The notes: generated from the letters alone by a model not told the origin. Counted from the first letter of the stretch, positions 51,534 through 63,814 are shown. The stretch: 64,000 bases of DNA from Octopus bimaculoides (GCF_001194135.2 NC_068986.1:1230088-1294087), one strand, 5' to 3'. Program-made: numbers and translations.

Positions 51534-52904
51534 GTAAGTAACATTTTACCCATTTTGTGTAGAACAAAGTAAACATCTGCGTTTGATTGCTTTGATTGAA
51601 ACATACCAAATGCCAAAGTACTATGTTGATGGGAAAAAAAGTCATTTAATTAGTGTTCCAGTCATGTCCGCCCTGTCTATATTGTGAGCATGCTGTTTAA
51701 TTGTTTAAAACTTAAAATATACAGTTTGAAGTACTCTTGCTGTATCACTTCAGTTTTGCTTTTAATAACAACTGTGTATTCTATCTAATTGATATTACAT
51801 GAAAAGTTAATGATGATAGCCATATTAAAATGTGCTGTAATCTTGAAAATGATAATATTTTTATAATATGTTAGATGAAAACAATCCTGTAATGGGATAA
51901 CAATTGATAGCATTTGAATAATGTATGACAAAAAAAATCCACTAAATGACACTAAAAGATGTTTTGTTATTTCAAGATATTTTCATTAGCCAGGCATTTT
52001 TTGCCATTTTTCTTCCGAGAAGATCATGGCTATAATAAATCTGTAATGGCTACTGTTCAATTGGTAGGGTTGGCTCTGACAGAGCAGAATTATGGACAGG
52101 AAATTATGACAACTGGTTTAACCTCATCACCTAGTGCTTCAGTGCTTTTAATAGAGTCCATTCTATACTAGTATTCAGGTTAGGTCTTTGGAACAAGGAT
52201 AACTTTGCCACTTTCCCCCAGCAGCCCTGGAAGGAGTCATGAGTACTGCCCCTCCTCCTCTTCTTAGAAAACCTTTTAAAAATCAATTCAAACACATTGA
52301 TAATCGACAGATGAAGAACATCGGTTACAGTGCGGTCCTATTTTTATCCTAGACTATACTTAACATTACTTTTTTCTCTCTGATACAAGTAACATACATA
52401 CATACATACATTAATGCATGTGTGTTTGTTTGTATAATATATAAGTACTATCATTGGTAAAGGTCCTGATGAACTGAGTTTGTCACACCCTTTCAATTTC
52501 TTATGTGTTAGGCCATAATCAGTACAATTTAGATGGACAATATATTTCAGGTTGACATGCCTTTAATTTCTGTTATGTACAGTAGTACTCTCAAAACACA
52601 ATGTGACATATATTCACTTTTTTAAAATGAATTTATAACAAGGTATAGTTAAGAAGTTGAGGTGTGTGGTTTGGAATTTGGTCTCACCTTTGTGGTAACA
52701 TTTTAAACAAGTGTTTTCTATCATGGCAGAATCTCTGTGGAAGTCTGTTGTTTATGTGTGAACAAGTGAGTGAACAAATCATAGAAAGTAGCACTCAGCA
52801 TCTTTGGTTAGAGTTACACACATTTGATAACAGTTTGTCTCTGAAAATATGATAAGGTAGACATGTCTTGTGCCTATGAAACTTTAAGTGATGTATAGCT
52901 GAGT

Positions 52905-52947
<43 letters not shown>

Positions 52948-53062
52948 NNNNNNNNNNNNNNNNNNNNNNNNNNNNNNNNNNNNNNNNNNNNNNNNNNNNN
53001 NNNNNNNNNNNNNNNNNNNNNNNNNNNNNNNNNNNNNNNNNNNNNNNNNNNNNNNNNNNNNN
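52948..53062. other. Assembly gap (115 N)
   Basis: N run between (CA)n and (TA)n. Confidence 1.
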
Positions 53063-53104
<42 letters not shown>

Positions 53105-54311
53105 GTATATAGGTATATGAACCTCTCAAGGCACAGCTTAATTTGACTATCCAAGGATAATAATAATGAAAGTGTTTTAAAAGTAATTAGGAATTATTTG
53201 GTCACTATGACCAATGTCTATGTGAAATAAATAAACAAAGACAATTAATCTCAAATATATCCATATAAAGAAAATATGCATATATTTACCTAATGGTAAC
53301 ATTCAGGAACCTCTAGATGTTTCTGTAACTTCTCTCTTCTTCCAGTGGTGTAAAAAGAGACAGGTGGCTATGAAACATTTCTATAAATCATTTCGTGTAG
53401 CAAAAATATATTGTGATATTTAGATATTTAGTGACATCCCTTTCCACTAAGGTAGACTTAGCCAATCAATAAATAGACATTGCTAAAATAAATACCTGAT
53501 TAAGAACAGGAGTTGATATAATTGACTAAAACCAATGAAATCAGTGCCCCGTAATGACTACAGCTTAAATGCTGAAACCAGTAAAAGAATTAGATAATCT
53601 ATTTATGTAGCTCTGTTTTGTCATTTATGACTCATTTTTGTTTTATTCATGATTATTTTGGCATTTCTTGACAAAAGTTGTTCCTGGATATTTTCAGTTA
53701 ATTTTGGAATAAAAAATAACATTAAAATCTTTCCTTGTTGTTGGCTCATAACCTAAAATAAATTTACTTAACTCTGCTCAGTTTAATTTAGATGATAAAG
53801 CAGTAGTAGTTCTACACTAAAAATATTTGTTTGTGTTTTCCTTCTCTTCTCTTCCACTTACTTTTTTCTCTTCCTCCTTCTCTTCATTTCGTTTTCCTTT
53901 CTTTTCATTTTTTTTTTTTTGTCTTTGTCATTTTTTTTTATCTTCATTATTTATCATCAATTTTTAAAAATTATTGTATAGTTTCTTCTGTGGTTAATCA
54001 TGATGTAAATTATATTTAGTATGATGTTACTTGTTAGCCATATAAGTGTATGTATGCATGATAACATAGTAATATGATGACAAATGTGCAGCAAAAAAAG
54101 TCTTTTATTTTCCTAAGTATTATTTCAAAACTTTTGGGCTTTTGAAAGGAATTCTTGGTTTTGTTAACCTTAAAATATTACACTGTCCCCTTCTTTACTG
54201 TCCTTTAGAAAAATGGTAAAAGCAGAAGTAGATAAAAAAATTCTCAAATTATCTTAATCCTTCCATGTCCTCAGCTTTTTGAATATCTGTGAACCAACAA
54301 GAAAACAACAA

Positions 54312-54722
54312 GGGATTTAATGGTCAATTTCCCTGCTAAAACAAGGGTTAGCTGTGCAGGCCCTTTGACAGATCTCTCTATTTTACCTTATCCTCTCCAC
54401 CCCTTTGCCTTCATTCCTTCTTCCATCATCTTTAGTTATGTTTTCTCTTGGTCTTCACTCCTACTTCTTTCCACATTCATTCCCGACACTTTTTCTCGGT
54501 CATTTTCATCCCTCCTCAGCACATGATCCAGGCATTTCATCCCATTACTCTTTGCAACATCTATCACTAGCTCTATTCCGATCATTCTCTCCAATTCATT
54601 GTTTGCCCTCCCTTCTCAGCCAAACCCTCTTCGTCCATTGAATCGTTCTCATTTACATTCTATGGTGCCCCTCATTCGTTACACATGTCTCACTCCCATA
54701 AATCATAGCATTTCTTGCACAT
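54312..54722 (-). mobile_element. RTE-clade LINE 3' fragment (degenerate)
   Basis: Minus strand reads CARNAMIYGSETC (RTE consensus VRSxMLYGSETW), then degenerate purine-rich coding remnants and a 3' tail AACCCTTGTTTTAGCAGGGAAATTGACCATTAAA. Confidence 0.7.
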
Positions 54723-56139
54723 GTGTGTCTGTCTGTTTGTCTGTCCCCTACCACCACTTGAAAATCAGTGTTAGTGTGTTTAAATTTAGAACTGTATAGT
54801 GTGTTTATGTTCCCATAACTTGGCAGTTCAACAAAAGAGACTGATAAAATAAGTACCAAGATTTAAAAAAAAAAGTACTGGGGTCAATTCACTTATGGGT
54901 TAACTATCAGATCTTGAATTTGCCCTTCTACATTGCAAAATTTGCCTTAGGAATCTGTATGTATCCCAGACTGACAAAGTTGATGCAGTTTTGTTTTGTT
55001 TTGTTTTTCTGGAACAACTGAAAGTTAATTACAGGTAGGACATAGACAGGAAGTAATTCCAGAGGTTTAAATATGGGGGATGAAAGATTGGATGAAGTAA
55101 TTAGTGTAAGGATAGGTGAGAAGACAGGAGGGAAGTGAGATGAGTGAGTCAGGTGGGCATGAGTGGAAGTGGAAATTTTGTACCACTTCCACAAATTTAA
55201 TTAGCTCTGATGAATTGAGACTTTTGTAGTCAAGGCATAAAAAGCAGGGTGGAGGGATTATATGTAGGGCAAAATTTGGAGTGTGTTGGCACCATGCAAA
55301 TCAGTCAGGTGACCCTTTTCTGGTTGCAGTCTAGGATAGTCATGTGTGCAGCAGCAGCAGCAGCAGTAGCAACAGCAGTAGTAGCAGCAGCACTGTCCCA
55401 GATGTGGGAGTAATATTCTTGTGTGGGTTTTACTCGAATCTTAAAGTTAGCAGCTGTTGAGACATGAAATATTTTCTACCCCTAAAGAGAAAGGTCAATC
55501 TTTGGGATGCAGTTTTGCTATGTCATGAATATGAGATCACCAGGACCATTGATAATTGAGAAGGGGTATATGTGCAAAATATTGCAATACTTGTTAAATA
55601 TTTGCCAATACTAAATCCTCTGCTTCTACATTTTAAGTTGAAGATCTGCTGTAGTTGGCATAAGCTTTCATCTGTGTTTGATTGATAAATAATGAATTAA
55701 TTCAATCGCCTGTCTCCTTTTCTCATTAATCTGGTATCTCGTGCCACTCTCTCATGAAATTGTAGCATTGTGCCAGATCATTTTTATATCTGCTTTTCCA
55801 TGCTAGCATGGGTTAGGGTGGGAGTTTTGGGGGCAATGTTTACAGCTGGATGTCCTTCCTGACACCAATCCTTTTAATCACTTCTTATGATACACAGGCA
55901 TATGGTGCATTATAAAACCTGGGATTCACACAGTATAAAAATACAATCAATATTGCTTATAATTTTACATATTATAATTTAATTCATTTATTGTCATTTC
56001 TTGGCTGTAATACGTTTTATTATTATGCTCTGCTGACATTCCAGATATTTCCAGTTTTAATGACTTCTTTCTTATGTTTGCAACTCTTCAGAAATTCTTT
56101 TATGAAAGTAAGCCATTAATGTCAACTTTTTCGTTTTAG

Positions 56140-56325
56140 GTGGAAGAAGCCAAAGCTGACCCAAACGAAAGGGATTTTGATGGTGCTACACCTTTACACT
56201 TTGCAGCCAGCTGTGGTCAAGCCAAAGTTGTTGAATGGCTTTTGCAGTCAGGCGGAGCAACAATTTCCATGGATAAAACTGGAGCTACTCCATTACATAA
56301 TGCAGCTGAAATTGGCCAGTTGCAG
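56140..56325 (+). CDS. ESPN: Next coding exon of the espin/forked-like gene (186 nt, phase 0 to phase 0)
   Basis: Acceptor TTTTTCGTTTTAG ends at 56139 and donor GTAGAT starts at 56326. Translation [62 protein letters not shown] continues the previous exon in frame. It matches the next espin repeats as recalled (DKDGATAMHFAASRGH...WLL...GGTPLHDAAENGELE). Confidence 0.9.
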
Positions 56326-59300
56326 GTAGATTCAACTATTTATTAATTCACGGTGGGGTTGTAGAGTTGTCTAACAAGTGACTTGATCTGAGAGTTTGAG
56401 TTGAAATGGAAGCAATTGCATCATGGAAGAGTCATTTTAATCATTTTATATATTAAAAAAAAATGTGAAATTCGCTTTTCATTTATCTTTTGATATAGTT
56501 CCTCACACCTCAAGAAATCAGAGAAAAATGAATTTAGCAATAATTGTTTGTTTTTAGTGACTAGAATTACTTTTCCATGATGTAATTGTTATTTACTAAT
56601 AATTTTTATAATGAAACTGAATAAATGATTATTTATTTGATGTGTATTAATTCAGTAAATGCCATTTCAATCCTGAGAATCACACGTCTTTGAAATAAGT
56701 TAGATCAAATTGCTTTCCAGGTTGTCTGTTATAGCATACAATATGGTACATCCATTCTCCGTGAAGGGGAGAAAGGATTGTTTTGAGAAATGTGAATGTA
56801 CCATATTTTATAACATTAATGATAGAAAAGGAATTACTGCTTTCATATGAACGAGTCTATGTTGTGCGAAATATCCATTACCAAATTGATCACTAGTGGA
56901 TGGTTTATTAGTAAAATGCAGTGCAATGAACAGCAAGTTTATCTCTCTGTTGCACAGACAGAGATGGGATGACGCCTTAAAGGCAAAGCAAGATGAAAAT
57001 TTCCACCAAAACTAATCTTGAACTTGAAATTACTCTATTAGAAATACTTACTGATCTAACTTCTGTATTTATGGTCATCATAATATTGATCTTTGGCTGC
57101 CATTGTTTTGATGCAAATGGATTTTCTAAAAGGCTTTGTACTATGTATGAATACATCTCAGATAGGGAAAATGGTAGAATAAATAAGAAATGTTATCTAT
57201 TGATTTATCAGTTGTCATCATTTTACTCTCTTTTGCTCTGAAATATTAAAGTCATTGATTTGGTGACACCCATTAGCCATCTTAATAATACAGACAGTGA
57301 ACTGGCAGAATCATAAGCACATTGGATAAAATGCTTTGTAGTATTTGTTCTGGCTCCCTGCAGTCTGAGTTCAGATCCCACCAAGGTCAACTCTGCTTGC
57401 CATCTATCCAAGTGTGATAAGGAGCAATGGATTGATGAGATTGTTTGAACATCAGATGGAATACTTTGTTTCCATCTGCTTCCATTCTGTTTCCATTCTG
57501 AGTCCAGATTCCACTTAGGTGATTCAATTCTCACCACTGGCTGTGTTATCCACCTTTCACTGGATAAGAGCATGTGTCAAAGTAGATAATGACTGACTGC
57601 ATTCAGACTGGCTATCTATTGCTTCAGCACATTTGTGCTATAGATACAGGGACTTTGAAGACAAACCACTCCGGGGATCAACTCGTAACTTCTTTCTCCT
57701 GACACATCAAACTCACAAATAAGGCTTCAGAGTTTCAGAAATTTCAGAAACATTCTCAACACTAAGGACACACTGCTACTGCCAATGGAAAAGAATTGCT
57801 GGTGCCAGTGGTATAATGGTCTAAAAACTTAATGGTTTCTGCTGCTGTTGTCTCTTGCATTTGCTTCGTTTCATGTCAGTTCTGTTTGAACAACCCAGAA
57901 TCAAATGCCTTCCTGTTGTCACAGTCCTGTTTTCTTGCATTTCTTGGACTATGTTGCACAATTTTTCTGTTTTTTGTTTGTTTGTTTTGTTTTATAAGAT
58001 GGTAGGGTGTGTTTTGAAGTAGATTTCATTACTATTTCTAGCAGGTTGAGTAATCTTATAGAAGCTCATAGGTTGTATTAACTTGTAATTGTTTCCCATA
58101 TGGAAGGAAAATGAAGTTCAACTATAGAGTTTTTAAATAATGGTGTTGAAAAAGACATAGTTTTTGAATTATATAGAAGCTAATACTATAGTCATTTTGT
58201 TTTTGAAAATAGTTGTCATATCTTTGTAAAAATCTTGAGATTTCTTTCCAAAGCTAAGGTTTCTGATTTGATAGCTTGTGTTAAAATATTTGCATTGCAG
58301 CCCCATGCTTCTGGGTTCAGTTTTACTTTACAGTACCTTGTGAAAATATTTGTTTTCTACTGTACATCTTTGGGTTGACCATTGCCTTATGACTAGAAAT
58401 GTGCAGAAGTCCATTATGCATGTGCATGTGTGTGCATGCGTGTGCATCATCATTCTCTGTCTCCCACTATTCCCTTCTTGTCACTCATTATTGACTTATG
58501 TCACTCTTATTCTCTTATCAACACCCATTTTCATCACAGTCTCTCATGTTACACTCTCCTCTACCACTCATTGTTAACATCCATCACTAATTCTCTCTCT
58601 CTCTCACTTTCTTTTATCACTCTCTCTTCTATCATCCAGTCTCCTTCTGATCACTTTCCCTTTGCTGATGCTGCTCTGTTCAATCTCCTTACCAACAACC
58701 ATCATATAGCTGTGTGTCACTTCTTAGTGTATTCTTTCTACCATGCTCTCATTCTGGTTACTGTTTCATAATTCTTTTTTTTTTTAATTTTCTGAGAACA
58801 AGACCATCCTCTGATAGTAGTAAATGAATGGAAACAGTATAAAGAGGACTCTTTAGTGCTGTCGGGGTCAAGGGAATTGCTAATGTGCTTAATGCTCCTA
58901 GTATTTTCTGTAAAATGGAAGGGCATATAGAAAGGACAGCTAACAAGAGAAAGCATTCCAAAAATATAAAATATGAGCAAGATGTGGTCCCTGAACTAAC
59001 TAGGAGGGCACTAGGAAAAGAAGAAAACTAACTTGATCTTTGATAAATCATCTGATGCCATATTCTCATGCCAGCAAGGAAAAGCAAACATAAAAGGATA
59101 TTGATAATGATAGTAATGATGCTGCTACTGATGATGATGGTGACAGTGATGAAAATGATGAAGTATTATACAAAAATGTCAAATTAATTATGTTAGAAAT
59201 TATCTAAAACTATTAGCATTTAATTTAAATATATTAACATTTAATTTAAATATATTAACTCAACTGTGAAATCTGTCATTTACTAATTCTTGAAAATTAT

Positions 59301-59584
59301 CCAAAACTTAGAGGAATTGACTAAAATACTTAACTTTTTTTTAATCATTAATTGGTACATTAAGCCAATGTTTGGGATGGATTAATATTAAGGTCATTAT
59401 ATAAAATTATGAGGGAAAGTTTTAATGGAAATATGAATTTTTTTAAATGTGTAGTTTTTGTATTGCGGAATTGAAGGTGATCTTTGACAGACTGGCACTA
59501 AAATGGTTAAACAAATCGTTTTACTCTATCTCTCATTACATATTCCTCAAATGTGGATATTTTAAATGTACTTATTCAATCAAT

Positions 59585-59830
59585 CTCTTTTACCAAACTG
59601 CTAAGTTTCAGGGACATTAACACACCAACACCGGTTGTCAGGTGGTGGAAGTGGATACACATGCACACACAAACATATGTATGAATATATGTATGTATAT
59701 GATGGGCTTCTTTCAGTTTCCATCTACCAAATCCACTCACAAGACTTTGGTTGGCCTAAGGCTATAGTAGAAGACACTTGCCCAAGGTGCTATGCAGTGG
59801 GAATGAACCCGGAACCATGTGGTTGGGAAG
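59585..59830 (-). mobile_element. SINE family B copy, antisense
   Basis: Head half is a close reverse complement of 48290-48430. Confidence 0.8.
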
Positions 59831-60613
59831 CAAACTTATTACCACATATCAATGCCTGTTTAAATACTTCATTTCTTAGAAAGACGTGACCCTTTTAAAC
59901 ACCCTGCACCTCCATCGTTGCAGTATCTCCTTGATGTTTGCCATGGTTTTACATATACCCCACTCCCATCTCTCTATCTCTCTCTTATTCCTTCAATATA
60001 CCAAAACACCAGACAAAACTATTCAATTAACCAACAGATATTACTTCATAAATATTTAGTCTGTGTTCTTTCATGGTAATAACTTTTAAAATTCAGAATT
60101 CTAGTCAAACCAGACAAAAATATGCTTTACTTTACAATCAATATTCTACCAATCCCTCATCTCCAATATTATGCACTTTTTCTATCCATTTTAATTTAGA
60201 TTAATCTGTAAAGAGGTTTTTAAAATTCAATAAATTGCATCAATCAGTTAACTTTTATATTTCCAGTGGGCCTCTATTACCAAACAGATATCATTGTTTT
60301 CCTTCTCCTCATCTTCTTTGTCCTCCTCCTCATCGATGTCATCAATGTCGTCATCATCTTATCACAGTTTTGCCAAGTTGGTAGCATGGTGTACATAGGC
60401 CATATAGCATATTCTATCATTTGATGCACAATAAAGATAAAACTGCCATTTTCTGCTGCTGAGTTTGACATTTTTTGGTGGTGGTGGTTGTGGCGGTGGT
60501 GACAGCAGTGGCGGTGGCGGCAGCGGTGGTGTGGCTTTTATAGCTTGATGTCCTTATCATGAACCATTTTACAGCATATTTTGGATGCTTTTTATCATAT
60601 TCTTGAACTCAGA

Positions 60614-60778
60614 GTGATGGTACATGGCCTAGTGGTTAAGGTTTTCTGTTCATAATTATTAGATCATGGCTTTAATTCCTGAACCAGGTTGTGCATTGTG
60701 TTGTCGAGCAAAGACTTTGTTTCATCTTGCTCCAGTCCACTCACATGTAAATGAATAACTCTGCAATGGACTGTGGCA
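60614..60778 (+). mobile_element. SINE family C copy abutting the truncated Tigger
   Basis: TGGCCTAGTGGTTAAG...GAGCAAAGACTTTGTTTCATCTTGCTCCAGTCCACTC. Confidence 0.65.
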
Positions 60779-61603
60779 TTGAGTCATCCAGGCCTTGGTG
60801 TTAAAGTGATAATAAACAGGCAGCGTGTGTCTATTCACTTTTTTCAGTGCACGTGGATTTTGTGAGCGATAAATGAGGAGAGGCTTCAGTTTATATCCAG
60901 CGGCATTTCCACCCAACAACAATGTTATTCTATCCTTGAAAGCTTTAAAACCAGGCATAGTTTTTGCTTCCTTGCGGATGTATGGTCTCTCAGGCATTTT
61001 CTTCCGCCACAGCCCAGTTTCATCCACATTAAATATTTGTTCTGGACGAAAGCCACTATCGACGATCATTTTGTCGAAATCTTGAACGAGCTTCTCTGCT
61101 CCTTCCACATCGGCGCTCGCTGCCCCACCGCTGATGCTACGATTATGCAGATTAATTCTCGAACAAAATCATTGAAACCAGCCATGGTTTGCCGTAAATG
61201 TCTCAGTTGATTCTTCTTCCTGTTGCTCCTCCAGTGTGGTGACAATACTGCCTGCCTTTGCTTGGATAGTGAGAAGGCTCATCAGAATTCATTTTTGAAT
61301 CTGATCCTCAATCCAGATTGCCAGCAACTTTTCCATCTCGTGAATGAGACCTTTCCGATGTCTTGTGATGCATGCTTTAAAGCCTGTCGAACTTCTGGCT
61401 GCCTCCTTCACTTTCGCTTTATCCTTCAAAATAGTAGAGATGGTAGAATGTGCCAGGCCCGTATCGTCTGCGCTAGCTCTCACCTTTTTCCCGCCTTCGT
61501 AGTCTGTAATGATTTTCATTTTTGTGTCAAGGTGAATAGCTCTCCGTTGTTTCTTGGCGCTTCCTACTGCAGGTGAAGATGTATTCTTCCTCTTTGGAGG
61601 CAT
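60779..61603 (-). pseudogene. Tigger/TIGD-like transposase pseudogene (CENP-B-type HTH plus start of DDE_1 domain)
   Basis: MPPKRKN...RAIHLDTKMKII...GLAHSTISTILKDK...EMEKLLAIWIEDQIQK*...GWFQ*F...EQIFNVDETGL...KAFKDRITLLLGGNAAG...KPLLIYRSQNPRALK...KAWMTQ is in one frame from the ATG at 61603. There are two TGA stops (61289-61291, 61169-61171) and the sequence ends before the later catalytic aspartates. Confidence 0.92.
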
Positions 61604-61907
61604 CTTGTAGTATGGGGTGCAAGAGATAATGGAAAAAAGAGATGAAATAGTAATATCGGTACAGAGAGCGTCACTGTGTTGCCTGGCTGACCACAGGCGG
61701 GAGAATGAGAGAGCGAGCGTGTCGGTGGGTGAAGCTGGGTGCTCGGGATGCACTGCCATCATGACGGCAGTTCTCGTACAGCGCACAATACGACAGTCAA
61801 AGTTTCTAAGTTTTTATATTTTGTAAAATATGTAACAATGGCTCATAAAGTTTGTCGTAACTCCGAGTGGTCGTTAAATAGGTAGGTCGTTAAATGAGGA
61901 CAGTCTG
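60779..61907 (-). mobile_element. Tigger/pogo-family DNA transposon, 5' end intact, 3' truncated
   Basis: Minus strand begins TA|CAGACTGTCCTCATTTAACGACC (Tigger-type TIR with TA target at 61908-61909; subterminal repeat GGTCGTTAAAT occurs twice). Transposase homology follows. The right TIR was not found. Confidence 0.9.
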
Positions 61908-63292
61908 TAGTTGGATTTGCTTTGAGTGCTAGATTCATAATTAGGTCACCTTCACAATAGTTGAGAAGCTAAAATGGCTTTTAATTAACAAGAGAGTCAG
62001 CAATGATATTTTCACCTGGTCAGGTATAAAAGTTGTCTAGTTAGGAGACAAGAGATTAGAGAATTATGTGTGTACATATATAGTCTCCTTTCTTTGTTCA
62101 TGGACACAATGCACCACCCAGTCTAGAAATTGAACCCATGATCTAATAATCATGAGCTGAACATCCTAACCACAAGGCCACAATATTGTGAAAGGACTTC
62201 ACAATATCAAAACTGTTTGCTTTAGTTTAAAGCACATTGTTTCTCTTAAACCTCTGCCATAAATTAAGACCATAATGTTACAGCATTAGTAGAAGCTGAT
62301 CTCAATTATTGTAGAAAGAAGAGAGCTGGGTGGAATATTTTGGCCAGATAAAGCAGATTTAAACGTTAAAAGCGGGTGTATGTGAAATTTGGCTGCTCTC
62401 TCTAGCAAGTCAGATGACCACTTCACTTACTAATGGAAACCCTCTCACTAGTTTGCGGAAAAGCCATGGCTTATCCTGAGTTTTGTGCTCTATAAATCTT
62501 AGGATGCAAATTTATATATAAACCATTATCTTAATTACATATATTTGTGATATAATAAATTAATAAAGCACATTGAATTACTCATTAGTTTATCACAATC
62601 GTTCACAGTTTTGATTTTGTTGTTTAAGTTTATGAGCAATAAATTGATTATATTTCTACTGAGAATCACTAGTTCATCATTTTTTGTGTGAATTCATTTC
62701 AGCACAAAAGTAGCAGTCGAATTGTTCACAATTTGTGAATAAATATTTTGTACCCTGAAGTCAATTTTTTTTTTTAGGATTACATTATTTATTTTATAAA
62801 CAATAATCATAAAAGGACTTTACAACATTTAAATTGTTTGCTTTTGTTTAAAACACATTATTTCTTCTAAACCTCTGCCATAAATTTACAACATTAATAC
62901 AAGATCTTCATTGATTATAGTAGAAAAGGGCTGTTTCATTTTTTTGTTATTTAACTCCAGGTCAACCCTGATTAAATACACCTATAATGGGATGGTCACG
63001 CTATTCCAATTGTGGCCATCCTATCTTTTCCCTATATGTAAGGAATGCAAGGCCATATTATCTTGCATCCCCCACTTTTTTTCAAGAGAATAAGACATGA
63101 TTTCAGAGACTTAGCTGTTATTTGTAGCAGGTCAAATTATATGTTAGTGTTATTTAGTCCCAAATCAATCTTCAAAGGCTTCTAACCTATGACCAAAGAC
63201 ATTCTTATTGTGACCACCCTGTTTTTTTTATGGTTATGTAGAACAACATTGTCTTATGAGCCCTTTCCTTACTTAAAATGGTAAGGTGTGAG

Positions 63293-63814
63293 TTAACCCT
63301 TTAGCGTTCAGGTTGCTCTGTAAAATGTAGTGCTTGTTTATTCACTTTGTTTTGAATTAATCATGTATTATTTTGTAGCCAGTGAAGGCATGTGGCTTAG
63401 TGGTTAGGCTATTTGGCTTGTGGTCATGAGTTCAATTCCTGGTGACTTGTATCCTTGAGCAAGATAATTATCTCATTTTGCTCCAGTCCACACAGCTGAC
63501 AAAAATGAGTAGTACCTGTATTTCAAGAGCCAGCCTTGTCACACTTTGTGTCACACTGAACTCCCCTGAGAACTACGTTAAGAGTATATGTGTCTGTGTA
63601 TGAGGAGGCTGTTCCGTTGATCAGATTAACTGAAACCTTTGTCGCCGGAACCAGTGGAGTGTCATTTTGTAGCCCAAAGATTTTAATGATGCGTTTGTTT
63701 ATTTTTAGAATGACGTTGTAGGATAGATGTGAGAGGCTGGATCTGGCCAGTTTGAACATGATACAGGTTGACTATTTGGGTTGGGTATGACCGGTTTAAA
63801 CGCTAAAGGGTTAA
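63293..63814 (+). mobile_element. piggyBac-like MITE with perfect 12-bp TIRs, interrupted by a SINE
   Basis: TTAA|CCCTTTAGCGTT ... AACGCTAAAGGG|TTAA. Confidence 0.85.
63381..63663 (+). mobile_element. tRNA-derived SINE (family C) with 11-bp TSD
   Basis: A-box TGGCTTAGTGG, B-box GAGTTCAATTCC, core TTGAGCAAGA...TTGCTCCAGTCCAC; flanked by ATTTTGTAGCC at 63370-63380 and 63664-63674. Confidence 0.85.

Larger units (their letters stand above)
51534..56139 (+). other. GT-AG intron (4606 nt, phase 0) joining the two ankyrin exons
   Basis: Canonical GTAAGT...TTTTAG ends; splicing gives the continuous frame KWL/VEEAK. Confidence 0.85.

Noticed and set aside
57223-57573. 116-aa minus-strand ORF
   Set aside because: Overlaps a family A SINE on the other strand; no domain similarity recognised.
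60478-60535. Proline-rich coding stretch, as espin has proline-rich regions
   Set aside because: The poly-Pro frame is on the minus strand, opposite to the gene, and no splice sites support it. It is a GC-rich trinucleotide low-complexity tract like 37255-37325 and 55348-55392.
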